Notes: generated by a model not told the origin, from the sequence alone. Shown: positions 22,690-35,613, counted from the stretch's first letter. The stretch: DNA of 64,000 nt from Eledone cirrhosa (GCA_964016885.1 OZ024743.1:262570001-262634000), one strand, 5' to 3'. Numbers and translations are program-made.

Positions 22690-23210
22690 TCCGGTTTGAT
22701 TCAATCTAATCTGGTCTGATCCAGGTTAATCTGATATGGTTTTGATCCGATTCAATCTGATACAATCTGGTTTGATCCAATCCTGTCTTAACCAATCTGG
22801 TTTGATCTGTTCTATTTTGAACTGATCTGGTTTGGTCCGATCCAGTCTGATTCTGTCAGATCCAGTCCAATCCAGTTTGATCCAAACCAGTCTGATCTGG
22901 CCCAGTGTGATCTAATCCAGTCTGATCTGATCCGGTCTGAACCAATCTGGTTTGATCTGATCCAGCTTGATCTGGTTTGATCCAATCTAGTCTGATCCGG
23001 TCTGGTTTGATCTGATCTGGTTTGATCCAAACCGGTGTGATCCGAAATGGTCTGTACTGATCTGATCCGGTCTGGTTTGATCTCTTCCAGTTTCATCCAA
23101 TTCAGTTTGATCTATTTTGATTTGATCGAGTCTGATCTGCTCCAGTTTGATTTGATCTGGTTTGATCCAAACCGGTGTGATCTGATATGTTCTGGTCTGA
23201 CTGATCTGGT
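22690..23210. repeat. Degenerate pentamer satellite (TCTGA/TCTGG/TTTGA/TCCAG)
   Basis: 5-bp periodicity over ~500 bp. Confidence 0.9.
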
Positions 23211-23220
23211 ATATATATAT

Positions 23221-26120
23221 ATCATCATCAGCCTCATCATTGTTTAATGTCCACCTTCCACGCTAGCATGGGTTAGACGGTTTTGTTCCATTTGATGTGG
23301 GAATGGTCAGGAGATTGTATCTCACTCATACGGAAGTGTCTCTGGCAGGCTTTTTACAGCTGGATGCCCTTCCTAACACCAATCACATTTACAGTTTGGA
23401 CTGGGAGCCTTTTACTGTGTCTCTTACACGACCACCTTACAGTGGGGACTGTTGTGTCATTGACACAGTGGACGGAACGGAAATGGAAGGACTTTCAGAG
23501 CACCCTCCTCCACTGCTGATTTTGTCACCCAGGTAATAGAAAGTGTCTACTATTTTTTAGAACCATCTCGGCAGTTGAAGGAGATAGCATCCAGTGAGTC
23601 CTTGCTACTTACTGCACCTGAGCATCGGCCACATATAAAATCTATATTCTTAGATAGCTTACCTGTGATCCCACTACATCTTTTATGTACCCGTAGTCTG
23701 CATTTTAGACATAGAATGGAGTTTCTATTTACTCCTTTCCTACACACTGAGCATGGCCATTTCCCAGAGGGCACCTGTACCCTATTCCCCTTTCTACATA
23801 CTAGAACTTTAGTTTTAGACAAGTTGACTCTAAGGCCTTTTGATTCCAGGCCATGCTTCCATGTTTGGAACTTCTTCTCTAGTTCAGCCATGGATTCAGC
23901 TATGAGAGTTAGATCATCTGAATATAGAAGTTTCCATGGGCAGCCAGTCTTAAACCCTTCTTTTATGGCCTATAGAACTATAATAAACAGGAGGGGGCTA
24001 AGGACAGAGCTTTGATGAACCCCTACTATTATGCTAAATTCTTCACTATATTCATTGTTCATTCTAACCTTGCTGACTGTTCATCTATACATTGCTTGTA
24101 TAGCTCTCACAAGCCATTCTTCCACTCCTAGTTTTCTAAGAGCTCACCAGATTAAGGTGTGTGGGCTCTGTCAAAGGCCTTCTCCAGTCAACAAAAGCTA
24201 AGTAGAGGGGTTTACTGTTAGTTAGGTACTTCTCCTGTAGTTGCCGTACAAGCATCCATGGTACTTTTACCTGGCACAAACCCAAACTGCATTTCATCTA
24301 GATCAATTTGGTCTCTAATCAGTTGAGTAATAACTTTTGATGTGACTTTCATAACCTGGTCAACTAATTTAATGCCTCTATAGTTTCCTCTATTCAGGGC
24401 ATCTCCTTTGCCCTTGTAACAGTTGGTGATGATACTGCTATGCCAGTCATTTGGTATGACCCTATTCTGTATTACTTGGTTTACTATCTGGGTGACCATA
24501 GTATGTCCCACCATTCCAGATACCTTCACTATTTCAGCAACTATCCCCAAAAGCTCAGCTGCCTTGCCTGTCTTCATATCTCTGATTGCCTTACTTACTA
24601 TACTACCATTAACTTGCACAGCTGGTCCTTCTGTTGGATAAATGTGGGGCAGACTATCTTTATTCCATTCATTCTCCCCGACAATATCACAATTCTCCTT
24701 GACACATTGCCTTGCAATCCTGAACACCTCACATCTTTGGTCCTCACGTTGTAGAATATGCTTGAACTTACTATCCTCTGCTTCCCTTTTTGCAAAGTAT
24801 ACTTGTTGTCTAGCTTCTCTCCTAGCTACTCGATAGAGTTCCCTACTAGCCCCATCCTGCCATTCTTTCCAAGCCTGCTTTTTGCCCTTGATGGACTCCC
24901 CCACCTTACTGTTCCACCACCATGTCACTCTCCTCCTGCCAAATGGTCTGCTCCAGCCACAGATTTCATCAGTCGCCTTCAACAGGTTAACTTTCAGGAA
25001 TTCCCACTGTTCCTCTATATTGTATGTCTCTAATTGCTCTTCCTTACTATCAAAAGCATCAAGTAATATGCTTTTAAATTTGTTACTGGCTGTGGAGTTC
25101 TTCAACTTCCATAATCTTCTCCTTAAAGTATTCCTCTGCTGGCATGAGGTCACTAACTATTAAATTATGTTGGGAGGCGCATTCTTCACGAGGGAAGGAC
25201 TTAGTGTTCATAACAGACACTTTGTCTCATTTTCTAGTAAGGATATAATCTATCTGGTTGGTGTACTCCCCTGATCTATGAGTGATCAAATGACTGTCAC
25301 GGTTTTTGAAGTTTGTGTTACAGATAATCAGGTCATTTGCATCATAGATTTCCAGGATTCTGAAGTCTTCCTCATTTCTAGTACCAAACCCATAACCTCC
25401 ATGGACTCCATCATAGCCATCACAATGTTGTCCAATATGACCATTTAGGTCACCAGCAATAATTATATAGTCACTGTCGGTTATTTGGGAAGTAGTGAGC
25501 ATTAAGCAACTCATAGAATCTGTCTTTAATAATCTCTGGTAATCCAGATTAGGGTGCATAAGCAGATATAATTGATACAGTTGTCCTATTTAGAGCTAAT
25601 CTTATTTTAATTATCCTGTCATTCACTCTATTTACAGCAATTACCTTATCTACCCATTTTTCTGCTAACATAATTCCAACACCACCCAGCCTGCTACCAC
25701 ATCCCATCCAGAAAAGCTTATAGCATTGTTTCTTGACCACAATGAATCTAGCAGACCCACCCCGCCACCTGGTCTCTTGATCACAACAAACATCAACTTC
25801 CTTACATTCAAGCATCTCTATAACTTTGTTTGAGTGATCTTTCAATGTGCCTACATTCATGGTACTAACTCTGAAATTTTGGATTTCGCTGGGAGGGAGG
25901 AAGGGATGGGATGGGGTCACAGGGAGGGGTGTGGGAGACGGAATTATGTTGGCCTTTGGCTTCCATATCTGATATAAAGAGGAGCATTTGCATGCTTGCT
26001 CTGAAATGGGAGGTAAATTTATCTTTGTTGTTGTCATTGTGAGTGTTCATATTCCCCAACTCCATAATCCATTTATCATAGCGAACAACACCTAGATCTA
26101 AGCTTAAGAAGTATCGGCCT
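23221..26120 (-). mobile_element. Older near-full-length RTE LINE copy with an internal deletion of the ORF C-terminus
   Basis: ORF pieces 25549-26037, 25227-25559, 24218-25153 and 23550-23891. At ~23490 the sequence jumps from GGCSES to the 3' UTR. Confidence 0.92.
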
Positions 26121-26623
26121 TGCGACAGAGATTAGCATTAAAAACCTTACTATAAAACCGCTGAATTTTGATTGACCCAAATAACTATGGTAGTACTGGT
26201 AGGGGGTGGGTGGGAGAGAAAAGGTGACTTCCACAAGACGGACATGCGTAGCCAACCTGGGAGATACTGGAAAAACAAAAATAAAGGTGTAGCCGGCCTG
26301 GTAGATACTGGAAACACAAATAAAAGTCAGGCATAACTGCTTTTCTAACGGGAGTACTTAATTTTAAATGGATGTAGAGATAGTTATAGGATCAATTTCA
26401 ATTATACAACTGAAAAATATAACAGATCAGTTGGTAAAATCTTATATATATACACTCTGCCATAGCATAAATTGCTGATTTTGGTACCTTCCTCAGCAAA
26501 CCATGAATCTACTGAATCACATATTATATATATATATATATTGTTAATGAAGGAAATGTGGTAAGGAATCAGATGGACCATAACACACCAAAGTACTCAA
26601 TATTTAGGGTAGTAGAGTGGATA

Positions 26624-26753
26624 ATAGGAACAAGTATGACCCCGACGGCAGAGCTCAAGCTGTTTTGACAGCTAATTCTGGACTAAAAAAAAAGTCCAGA
26701 ATTAGCTGTCGAAACGCCTTGAGCTCTACCGTCGGGGTCATACTTGTTCCTAT
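26624..26753. repeat. 61-bp inverted repeat around an A8 spacer
   Basis: Arms 26624-26684 and 26693-26753, with 4 mismatches by eye. Confidence 0.95.
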
Positions 26754-26757
26754 ATAT

Positions 26758-27062
26758 ATTGTTATATTTGGAGATGGTCATGTTGCCAGTATTGCCAATA
26801 AAAAAGAAACACATGCGCCATATGATTCTCACCTCATCTCTACTACTAGTTACTGGTTAGTTCATCAAAGCTCTTTCATCACACATTCTATGACTTATTC
26901 AATTAGTATCTTTTCTCTTTTGTGCCTCCTTCTCTTGTGTAATAAAAGAACTTTAATGAACCAACCAATAACCAGCAATAAAGATAAAGGGAAAATCATA
27001 TGGTGTGTATGCTTCTCCCCATTGGAAATATCGGCAATATGACCATCCCCAAACATAACAAT
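26758..27062. mobile_element. Foldback MITE with ~125-bp inverted arms
   Basis: ATTGTTATATTTGGAGATGGTCATGTTGCC is mirrored by GGCAATATGACCATCCCCAAACATAACAAT. Pairing continues inward to ACACA/TGTGT. Confidence 0.85.
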
Positions 27063-27102
27063 CTCAGATTCAACACCGATCTTGCAAAACAAATACATAA
27101 AC

Positions 27103-27151
<49 letters not shown>

Positions 27152-27574
27152 CATCATTATCATCATCACTGTTTAGCGTCCATTTTTCCATGCTTGCATG
27201 AGTTAGACAGGTCGACTACATCAGGAGACAAGTCTAGCCATAATTGGCTACACCGTACCTTGCTCCAACTGGATTGTAAATTTGCCCGGGGATTTTATAT
27301 ATATATATATACATGTATTTATAATATAGGTGATTACAGTGTAGTACTTCACTATTACTTTTGGTAAGGTGAGGGAAGCTCTATGCACACTAAAAGCCTC
27401 AGCTCATAAGGAGTTTAAAACAGACAAATAAGTCTTCGAAAGGTAAGATTCTTGTTGTTGAGGACAGTTCAGGGAGAAGAGCATTAATATACAAAATGTC
27501 AAAAGACAAAGGTTAACAACTTGAATCAATTCTTTAATTTCTACGTCCGTTTCAATAAGGTTACAATAGTACAT

Positions 27575-27830
27575 GAATAAGAAAATAGAGTATTGTACTG
27601 AAAATAGAACTAGAAGCTTTCATTGTACTTTGACTACAGGAAACAGTCCAATATTAGAGTGTATGAACCCCATAACAGAAAAAAATGGATATTAGCATGC
27701 TTGGGAATGCCCATTTTTTTCTGTTATGGGGGTTTATGTGCTCTAAAACTAGACTACTTTCAGCAGTTTGTATATGGCAAAAGCTTCTAATTCTATTTTC
27801 AAATTTTCAGTTGCCACTGTATTCTAATTC
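27575..27830. mobile_element. Palindromic MITE-like element
   Basis: CCCCATAACAGAAAAAAATGG / CCATTTTTTTCTGTTATGGGG at the centre, and GAAAATAGAACTAGAAGCTTT / AAAGCTTCTAATTCTATTTTC further out. Confidence 0.75.
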
Positions 27831-27955
27831 ATATAATGATGATGATGACATGCTTATATATATATATATATTTGGGAGTGGGTTTTTATTTCAAACATTT
27901 TATCTTAAAGACATGACCATGTACTCTGACGATATATATGTATAATATATATATT

Positions 27956-28001
<46 letters not shown>

Positions 28002-28280
28002 TATACACAGAGAATATATGTATTTGTGTATATATATTAGGTCCTTCAGTATGAAATGTTCGATTTTCTTAAGCACTTTCAATTTAAAATCGAACATTTC
28101 ATATATATCAGGAGTGGGTTTTTCTTTTAAACATTTTTATCTCAAAGACATAGTTTGCAAGTCATTTTGAAAATAATTAATTATTAAGATAGTGTTTGAA
28201 ACATAAAATATAAGAAGTTCTTACATAAAATTCTGAAAGGTATAAGCACTTTAAAACAAAATTTTGTATCTATCTATCTA

Positions 28281-28337
<57 letters not shown>

Positions 28338-28606
28338 TAATTTTAAAAACACCAAAGAATCAATTTTCAAACTGACGTTATTACTATTATATATATATAT
28401 TGTAACGGTGATGATGATTGTCTAACCTGTTTGTATATATCGATGTTGTATTATTATGGCAACATACTTTTGGTTACTCTAGATGAAAACATTAACTTTT
28501 CACACTGAGTGCTTTCGTGGCTGCCTCAAACAATTCGATTGGTATCTGCTATACTGTGGCTACAACTTCGATTTATATCCATTATATATATATAAAGATA
28601 TATATA

Positions 28607-29418
28607 TCATCATCATCATCGTTTTACGTCCATTCTTCCAAGCTAGCATGGGTTAGACAGGTTGTCCTGTTGTGGGCAATGCCAGGTCAGGTGACCATAT
28701 CTTGCTCATACAGAACTGATTCTGGCTTGATTTCTACAGCTGGATGCCCTTCCTAACACCAACTTCATTTACAGTAAGTACTGGATGTTTTTTACTTACT
28801 GTGACGCCGACATGACCACTCTACAGTGTGGACTGGATGCTTTTTTTGTTGTGACATGTACACGACCACTTTACAGTACGAGGAGTTGGTGGGGCATACT
28901 GTCTATATGCTTCAGCTTGTATATATAACATCATCATCGTTTAACGTCTATCTTCCACACTAGCATGGGTTAGACGGGAATTGTCCCACTGGAGGTAAGA
29001 TTGGTTGGGTGACCGTGTCTTGCTCGTATAGGACTATCTGGCAGGTTTTCTACGGCTGGATGCCCTTCCTAATACGAACCACATTTACAGTGTGGAACTG
29101 GGAACTTTTTACCGTGTTACCTACACGGCCACATTACAGTGTGGACGTTGTGTTTTTTTTTTGTTATGACATCTACACGACCTTATTAGTTTGGATGTTG
29201 TGGTACCAACATAACTTTACAGGGAAAGGGTGCTGTTGGTGGGAATGGGAGGATGGAGTAAGGGTAGTGGGTTGGGGTGTATATTTGGTTAAGAGGTGCC
29301 TACTGACTGTAGGTTTCGCTTTGTACATAGGCAAGGCAGGTCTTCTGTATTACTGTGTAGCGCCAAAGATCTCAGTTCAGTGACATTGTTTTAGAGAGGT
29401 GCAAATCGTCCCAGGTTA
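28607..29418 (-). mobile_element. Two stacked RTE 3' fragments (28607-28915 second subfamily; 28929-29418 main subfamily)
   Basis: Each begins on the plus strand with (CAT)n CGTTT.ACGTC and contains GGATGCCCTTCCTAA. Confidence 0.88.
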
Positions 29419-29420
29419 TA

Positions 29421-29805
29421 TCATCATCACCGTTTTACGCTCGTTCTTCCATGCTAGCATGGGTTAGACGGGTTGTTCTGTTGTGGGCAGTGTCCGGTCG
29501 GCTGACCTTGTCTTGCTCATACGGGAACTGATTCTGCTTGATTTCTACAGCTGGATGCCCTTCCTAACACCAACCTCATTTACAGTGAGTGCTGGGTGCT
29601 TTTTTGCCGAGCAACTCCACGACCACTTTGTAGTGGAATGATAGGGACCCCAGTCCTATCATCTCATTTCTACAGCTGAGTAAACTGGAGCAATGTGAAA
29701 TAAAGTGTCTTGCTCAAGGAAACAACACATCACCCGGTCCGAGAATTGAACTCACAACTTTTCGATTGCAAGCCCAATGCTCTAACCACTAAGCCATGCG
29801 CCTTC
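29421..29805 (-). mobile_element. Full-length tRNA-derived CORE-type SINE with an RTE-derived tail
   Basis: A box TGGCTTAGTGG, B box GAGTTCAATTC, CORE-like CCTTGAGCAAGACACTTTA...CTCCAGTTTACTCAGCTGTAGAAATG. The tail is homologous to 571-800. Confidence 0.88.
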
Positions 29806-30804
29806 ATCGTACTGAATATAGAGACAAGTAAATATTTGAACATATTTGGGAGACAAAAAGAAAGCCAGAATATGAATACATTTAGAATGGATGTGATTGC
29901 TTATTTTAACACAATAACTCAAATTGTGACTTAATATTCCTCTCTGTTTGTTTCATAGCAGTTTCAATGTTCTTAAAGCCACAACTGCTATTTTATTTAA
30001 ATTCTCACCAAGCTTGAAAAGACTGACTCATGGTAACAAATGGCTGAAGTGTTGTCATTGCTAAATTTGTCTGTATTCAATTTTTTTCTTGAAAATTCAA
30101 GTTTCAAATCTGAATCGCATAAAAGTTCAGCAAATTCTGTCTGAGTTTTCACCGAGATATGTTTCAGCTTCTTCATATCCTTGATAAAGTTTTGAAACCT
30201 TTTTGGAAATTGTTTTCTAGCTTTAATAAACTATCATTTATGATCTATTTAATGAAATCAAAACTCAACTGATTACCAACAATAAAATCCTCTGTACATG
30301 AAAACATTTCAATGTAGTCATTCTCCACTTTATGTTTCCATGGTTTTATTTTATGAACACCTGAATTTTAGATTTCCATGTAAAAATATTCATGTTCTTT
30401 TCTTGTTGAGATATGTTCGTATGTTCAGTTTTTTTTTTCATACAAATTTGAGAAATGGCACAACTTCAGCAGCCAGGTTTCATTGTGAAAAACAAATTGG
30501 ACTAAATCTGAATTATTTTTTGATAGAAATAGTTTTACAACAACAGCCATTTCAAAGCTTGTCACTTAGACAGCCATTGCATTTCTATGAGCCAAAATTA
30601 GATTCCATGTCATCACTTAAATTTGCAAAGAGGTAACTATTAAGTGCAGAAGCTTTAATAAAGTTGATTTTTAACTACATCTCATACTGCTGTTTTCAGA
30701 CATGGAGAAATTTTCTTAGCCACTAATACATCTCAGATGTAGTTTTGCCAAATCTCTTCACTCTATTAGTTCCTGAATTACCATCCTTAGTGAAGTTACT
30801 GCTC

Positions 30805-31342
30805 AGGTACATGAAGGCATTAAGGATCTTCCAAAACTTAGCCCTCTAGATGGACTGGTTGCTACTCTACCTCCTCCAAAAATCATCATTATAGATCTAC
30901 TGATATCTTCCACTGATGTTGCCACAGTTCCATACTTTGAATTTCTTGGTGTGACTAAATCACAAATGAAGTCATGGAAAACGCCACCAGGCTGAGCAAC
31001 ATATAGAATACCATCTCTGTAAGGTGGCAAGATGCTTGATCATATATTACACATGCCCATGAAGAGACCAGGTGGAACCTTTTTTGAGTGATAGCCAAAA
31101 GTAGGGGACAAGGTAGGCAGACCTGGTTGAGGAGTGTGGAACAGAACCTGGTAGACATGGTCTGACCTGGGAGTAATCTTACAGATTTTACAAATGTGCT
31201 TGAGTGAAGCGCTCTTGTCACCCAATGTTCAGTAGAGACATCACCTAGCCTGAGAGTAGGCTTGGTAGAGAGCTTACAACTGTGCTTCAGTGGAATTCTC
31301 TTGTCACTCAATACTCCGTAGAGAGGAGGAATAAGTAACTAA
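30805..31342 (+). mobile_element. Old RTE-like LINE 3' fragment nested in the hAT element
   Basis: LDHILHMP...RGQGRQTWLRSVEQNL remnants and a TAAGTAACTAA-type tail. Confidence 0.55.
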
Positions 31343-32118
31343 CCAATACCTCTCACTGAATTATGCAATGAGATAAAATTGGGGTTCCATTTCTTGCAGA
31401 TTTTACACTAATTTGAAATCCATCTATTTGTCCTATCATTGCTGCTGTACCATTGATATACACTTCAATACAATTATTCTATTCTATCCCTACTTTCTTT
31501 AAACATTCTTCCACCTTCTGCGAAACAGCCTCCCTCCCACCTGCACCTCATTGTATTGCCATTTAACTACTGACAAAACTGTAAATCTTTGTGAACACTG
31601 TTCTACTGTTAATATCACAATACCTGACATATGCCAATAGCTGTGTTAAGTTTATAATGTCCATCAGTTCATCCAAGTGAATTGCAAGTTTCAAATTTTC
31701 TTTTCTTCTTTTCTATTAAGTTGTACACACTGATCATTGCTTGTTTCCAAAATTTGTCTCCCCCACAGTAACATTTTACTGTGAATTTGTTTGATAAATT
31801 CTTCTGCAGATTTTTACCTGTAAATAATTGGATTTGTTCTAGTTGCTACTGGTGACAAAACTTCTTTCCAATGGTGTAAGTTTTATGAGTATTTGCAGTG
31901 ACATGAGAGACTTCATAAGATACTCTTAAATACTTTGTATGAATCAGTATATGTGTTTCAAGAGATTGCTTTTGTTCTTCTGATTGTTCCAATAGCCTTT
32001 ACAGGCATATTGGCAAAAGAAGGATGCTTTGTATCAAGATATCTGTTCAACTTTACGGTTTCAGACATTCATGTACCAAACAGTCATAAGAAATTAAGTA
32101 GCTGGGTCAGTGTTCGTT

Positions 32119-32568
32119 ACCTCTCTAAGACAATGGTGCTATGCAGTAATACAGAAGACCCACCTTGCCTAAGTACAAAGCAAAACCTACAGTCAGTAGG
32201 CACCTCTTAATCAAATAGACACCCCCATCCCACTACCTCAACTCCCCACCTCCATCCCATCAACACCACCCCTTTCTCTATAAAGCTATGTTGGTACCAC
32301 AACATCCAGTCCTAAATAAATGAGGTTGTGTAGGTGTCACGACAAAAAACACACAGTTCACACTGTAATGTGGCCATGTAAGTAACACAGTAAAAACCTC
32401 CCAGTCCACAGTGTAAACGTGGTTGGTGTTAGGAAGGGCATCCAGCCGTAGAAAACCCGCCAGAGAGTCCTATACGAGCGAGACAACCAATCTTGCCTCA
32501 AGTGGGATAATTCCCATCTAAACCCATGCTAGCATAGAAGATAGACGTTAAACGATGATGATGATGAT
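32119..32568 (+). mobile_element. RTE LINE 3' UTR fragment nested in the hAT element
   Basis: Closely matches 20380-20823. Confidence 0.9.
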
Positions 32569-32724
32569 AAGTAAATTAATTTTATCAAATGGCTTCATTG
32601 TCTCTTCTTTTTAGTCTGTGAATGTACATTTGCAGTTTAATCATCATCATTGTCTTTATTTTACATCCACTTTTCAATGCTGGCCTGTTTTGGACACATC
32701 CTTACAGGCCAAACCATTACTTAA

Positions 32725-32960
32725 CCCTTTTGATACCAGGCTGGCCAAAACCAGCTCTGGTTCTATGAATCAAAACCACCCACTTTAAACAGTTCCTATT
32801 TATATTAAAATCTCCCAATATAATATTATACAAGAATCATATATTAAGTTATCTTTGTAATGAAAAAATCATCATTTTAGTAACCATCCATTGAAAAAAA
32901 AATGTTTTATTAATTAATTGAAATGAAGTATATTTCATTAAAAATAGGTCCATGAAAGGG
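32725..32960. mobile_element. piggyBac-type MITE
   Basis: TTAA-CCCTTT...AAAGGG-TTAA. Confidence 0.6.
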
Positions 32961-33079
32961 TTAATCAGAGATGTTGTTCTCCTAGACTGCAAGATAATAC
33001 TGATAGTGTAATACCTGTAACCAGCATTATCTGCAGTTTTAGTCTTTAACAATTTTAACTACTTATTCATGGGTCAGTA

Positions 33080-33330
33080 GAGGTGCATGGCCTAGTGATA
33101 AGGGTGTTGGACTTACAATCATAATGTCTTGGGTTCGATTCCTGCATGTTGTGTTCTTGAGCAAAATATTTCCTTTCACATTGCTCCAGTATACTCAACT
33201 GAAAAGGGGTATCAGCAATAGCTGGGGGTTTAACATGCGATGGACTTGCATCCTGTCCAGTGGAGAGTCTTGTACTCTCAGTTGCTTAACGCCAGCCTGA
33301 TGAGCCGTCAGGTTCGAGGCAGACTTTTTA
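33080..33330 (+). mobile_element. CORE-type SINE with a non-RTE tail
   Basis: A box TGGCCTAGTG, B box GGTTCGATTCC, CORE-like TTGAGCAAAA...CTCCAGT, then TGCGATGGACTTGCATCCTGTCCAG. Confidence 0.75.
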
Positions 33331-34162
33331 GGGGTCAGATGTTTTTAGTTTCATATAATTAAAAAATTCAAATAATTATACATATCTTGGTCCAAATCAC
33401 TATTAATAAACAATGGATTGGCAGAATCATTAGAACGTCGGATAAAATACTTTACATTATTTTGTTTCAGTTCTTTACATTCTGAGTTCAATTTTACCAA
33501 TATCAACTTTGCCTTTCATCCTTTGGGGGTCAATGAAATAAAGTACCAGTCAAGTACTGATTTAATCAACTTTGCCCTTCCCTAAAAATTTGCTAGCCTT
33601 ATGCCTACACTAGAAATCAATGAACAAATATAATTGGAAAGCCACAAATACACTTTCTCAACATAAGCATGTGTGCTGCAACTAGCAGTGAATGTGTTGA
33701 AGGCCTAGGCTACAGAGTTGACAAAAAATTTGAAAGAAAATTTGTTTTTATGAACTACAAATTAAGATTAAAACTGATTTTTTTCTTTAAAGTGGTAGCT
33801 ATCAGATTGAGGTGATGTTAAGTTGAAAGAACCGTTTAGTACAGTTGAGTACATTACCCACTCTCTAGTGCTTGTGCTGCAATTTAATGCACTCAGTCAA
33901 CGATGTAAAGTGACAGTGCTGGTGCCATGGTAAAAAGCATCCAATACAATCTGTAAAGTGGTTGGCATTAGGGAAGGTATCCAGCTGTAGAGATTATGCC
34001 AAAAATGAAATGTACAAGCAAGACAAGGTTCAATCCTTACAGTCTCAAAGTAACAATATATCCAATAAATGGAAAGTGGACATAAAATGATGATGATGAT
34101 GATGATATATGTTCTATTTTTAGCAGCTTGTTTCTATTGTTGTATACTCTACCTAATGCCAA

Positions 34163-34500
34163 CCACTTCACACAGTGCACTGGGTTCATTTTATCATGAC
34201 ACCAGCACTACCACTTTATGAAGCGGACTGGTTTTATTTTATTGTGGTACTAGCACTATCAGTTTACAGTGTGGACTGGGTTTATTTTATTGTGGAACCA
34301 GCACTACCACTTTATAGAGTAAACTGGATTTATCTTATTATGGCACCAGTACTATCACTTTACAGAGTGGACTGGATTTATTTTATTATGGCATCAATAC
34401 TATCACTTTACAGAGTGGACTGGGTGTATTTTATTATGATACCAGTATTATCACTTTACAAGTTGGAGACAGGGTATATTTTATTGTAGCACCAGCAACA
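34163..34500. repeat. 48-bp minisatellite x7 derived from the RTE 3' UTR module
   Basis: Unit ~CACTTTACAGAGTGGACTGGATTTATTTTATTATGGCACCAGTACTAT. It begins directly after a decayed CCTAATGCCAA motif. Confidence 0.85.
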
Positions 34501-34926
34501 GAGTGGTTGTTATGTGTACTTTCAAGAGGCTGAAGTCTCCAGTGAGTTCTAATGATTCCATGATATTGTATATCTCTATAACACTGAAGTGTTTCTTATA
34601 CTGCTGTACCTTTCACTAATAAATTCCCCTCCTTCTCATCATCGTCGTCGTCGTTGTCACCCCCCCCCCATCACTTCCCCCCATCATCAGTTTGATATTT
34701 GTGTGTGTGTGTGTGTTTCAATATAATCAAATACTTTTATATATGTGCATGTGTATGTCCGTGCATGTTTGGAAGTGGGTTTATGAGAGAGAGTGTGTAT
34801 ATATATATATATATATATATAGTAATAATAATAATAAATGTGAAGATATAATAATAATAAATCCAAATAGGGTTCGATAAGGATAATATATATATCAAAA
34901 TATATAAAACCATAGAGCAAATATCT

Positions 34927-35528
34927 ATTAAAATAACAGATTAAAGTTTAAGCAAAAAATTACTGCTTTCACCCTTAACGACATCTTCTGAAACTAAAAA
35001 AAATCAATCTGTGGATGCAGAAGTAAATATTTGAAAAACGTTGCAAACCGAAGAAAAACAGGAAGATGATACTTTGGTTCATGAAAACGTATATAGATGT
35101 GTGTATGTATATATATATAATTGCATAAATCTTAAATATTATTACTTTTACGATTTTAATAACCTCTGTCATTTTCGTTCAACACATTTATTTACATTAT
35201 TCTTAACTCCAAAGCTGAGAATCATTCGGTTTCCTAAATAGAATATTAGTCTAATGACTCCATTTATACTATAAACACGGTTTGGTATTTTGTCTTTGCG
35301 TGTAATTGTTCTCATCGCTCAACAAAACGACATATTATCTTCGCTTTTTTCCATTCATTGCCAGGGAACGTCTTCACGAACCAAAGTATTGTCTTCCTGT
35401 TTTCCTTCGGTTGCAACGTTTTTCAAAATATTTACTTCTGCGTCCACAGATTGATTTTTTTAGTTTCAGAAGATCCCGTTAAGGGTGACATCAGCGATTC
35501 TTTGCTTAAACTTTAATCTGTTATTTTA

Positions 35529-35531
<3 letters not shown>
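34927..35531. mobile_element. Foldback element with ~165-bp inverted arms
   Basis: ATTAAAATAACAGATTAAAGTTTAAGCAAA...ACTTTGGTTCATGAA (34927-35090) is mirrored at 35367-35531. Confidence 0.88.

Positions 35532-35613
<82 letters not shown>

Larger units (their letters stand above)
29900..32640 (-). pseudogene. Decayed hAT (Charlie/Buster, ZBED5-like) transposase, interrupted by two retroelements
   Basis: Minus-strand peptides in the expected order: KLNRYLDTKHP (~32050), LAIHLDELMDIINLTQLLAYVRY (~31690-31620), NFIKASALNSYLF (~30665), WLSK (~30575). Confidence 0.85.

Noticed and set aside
33295-33325. Hammerhead at CCTGATGAGCC
   Set aside because: No GAAA box follows; it is a simple hairpin in a SINE tail.
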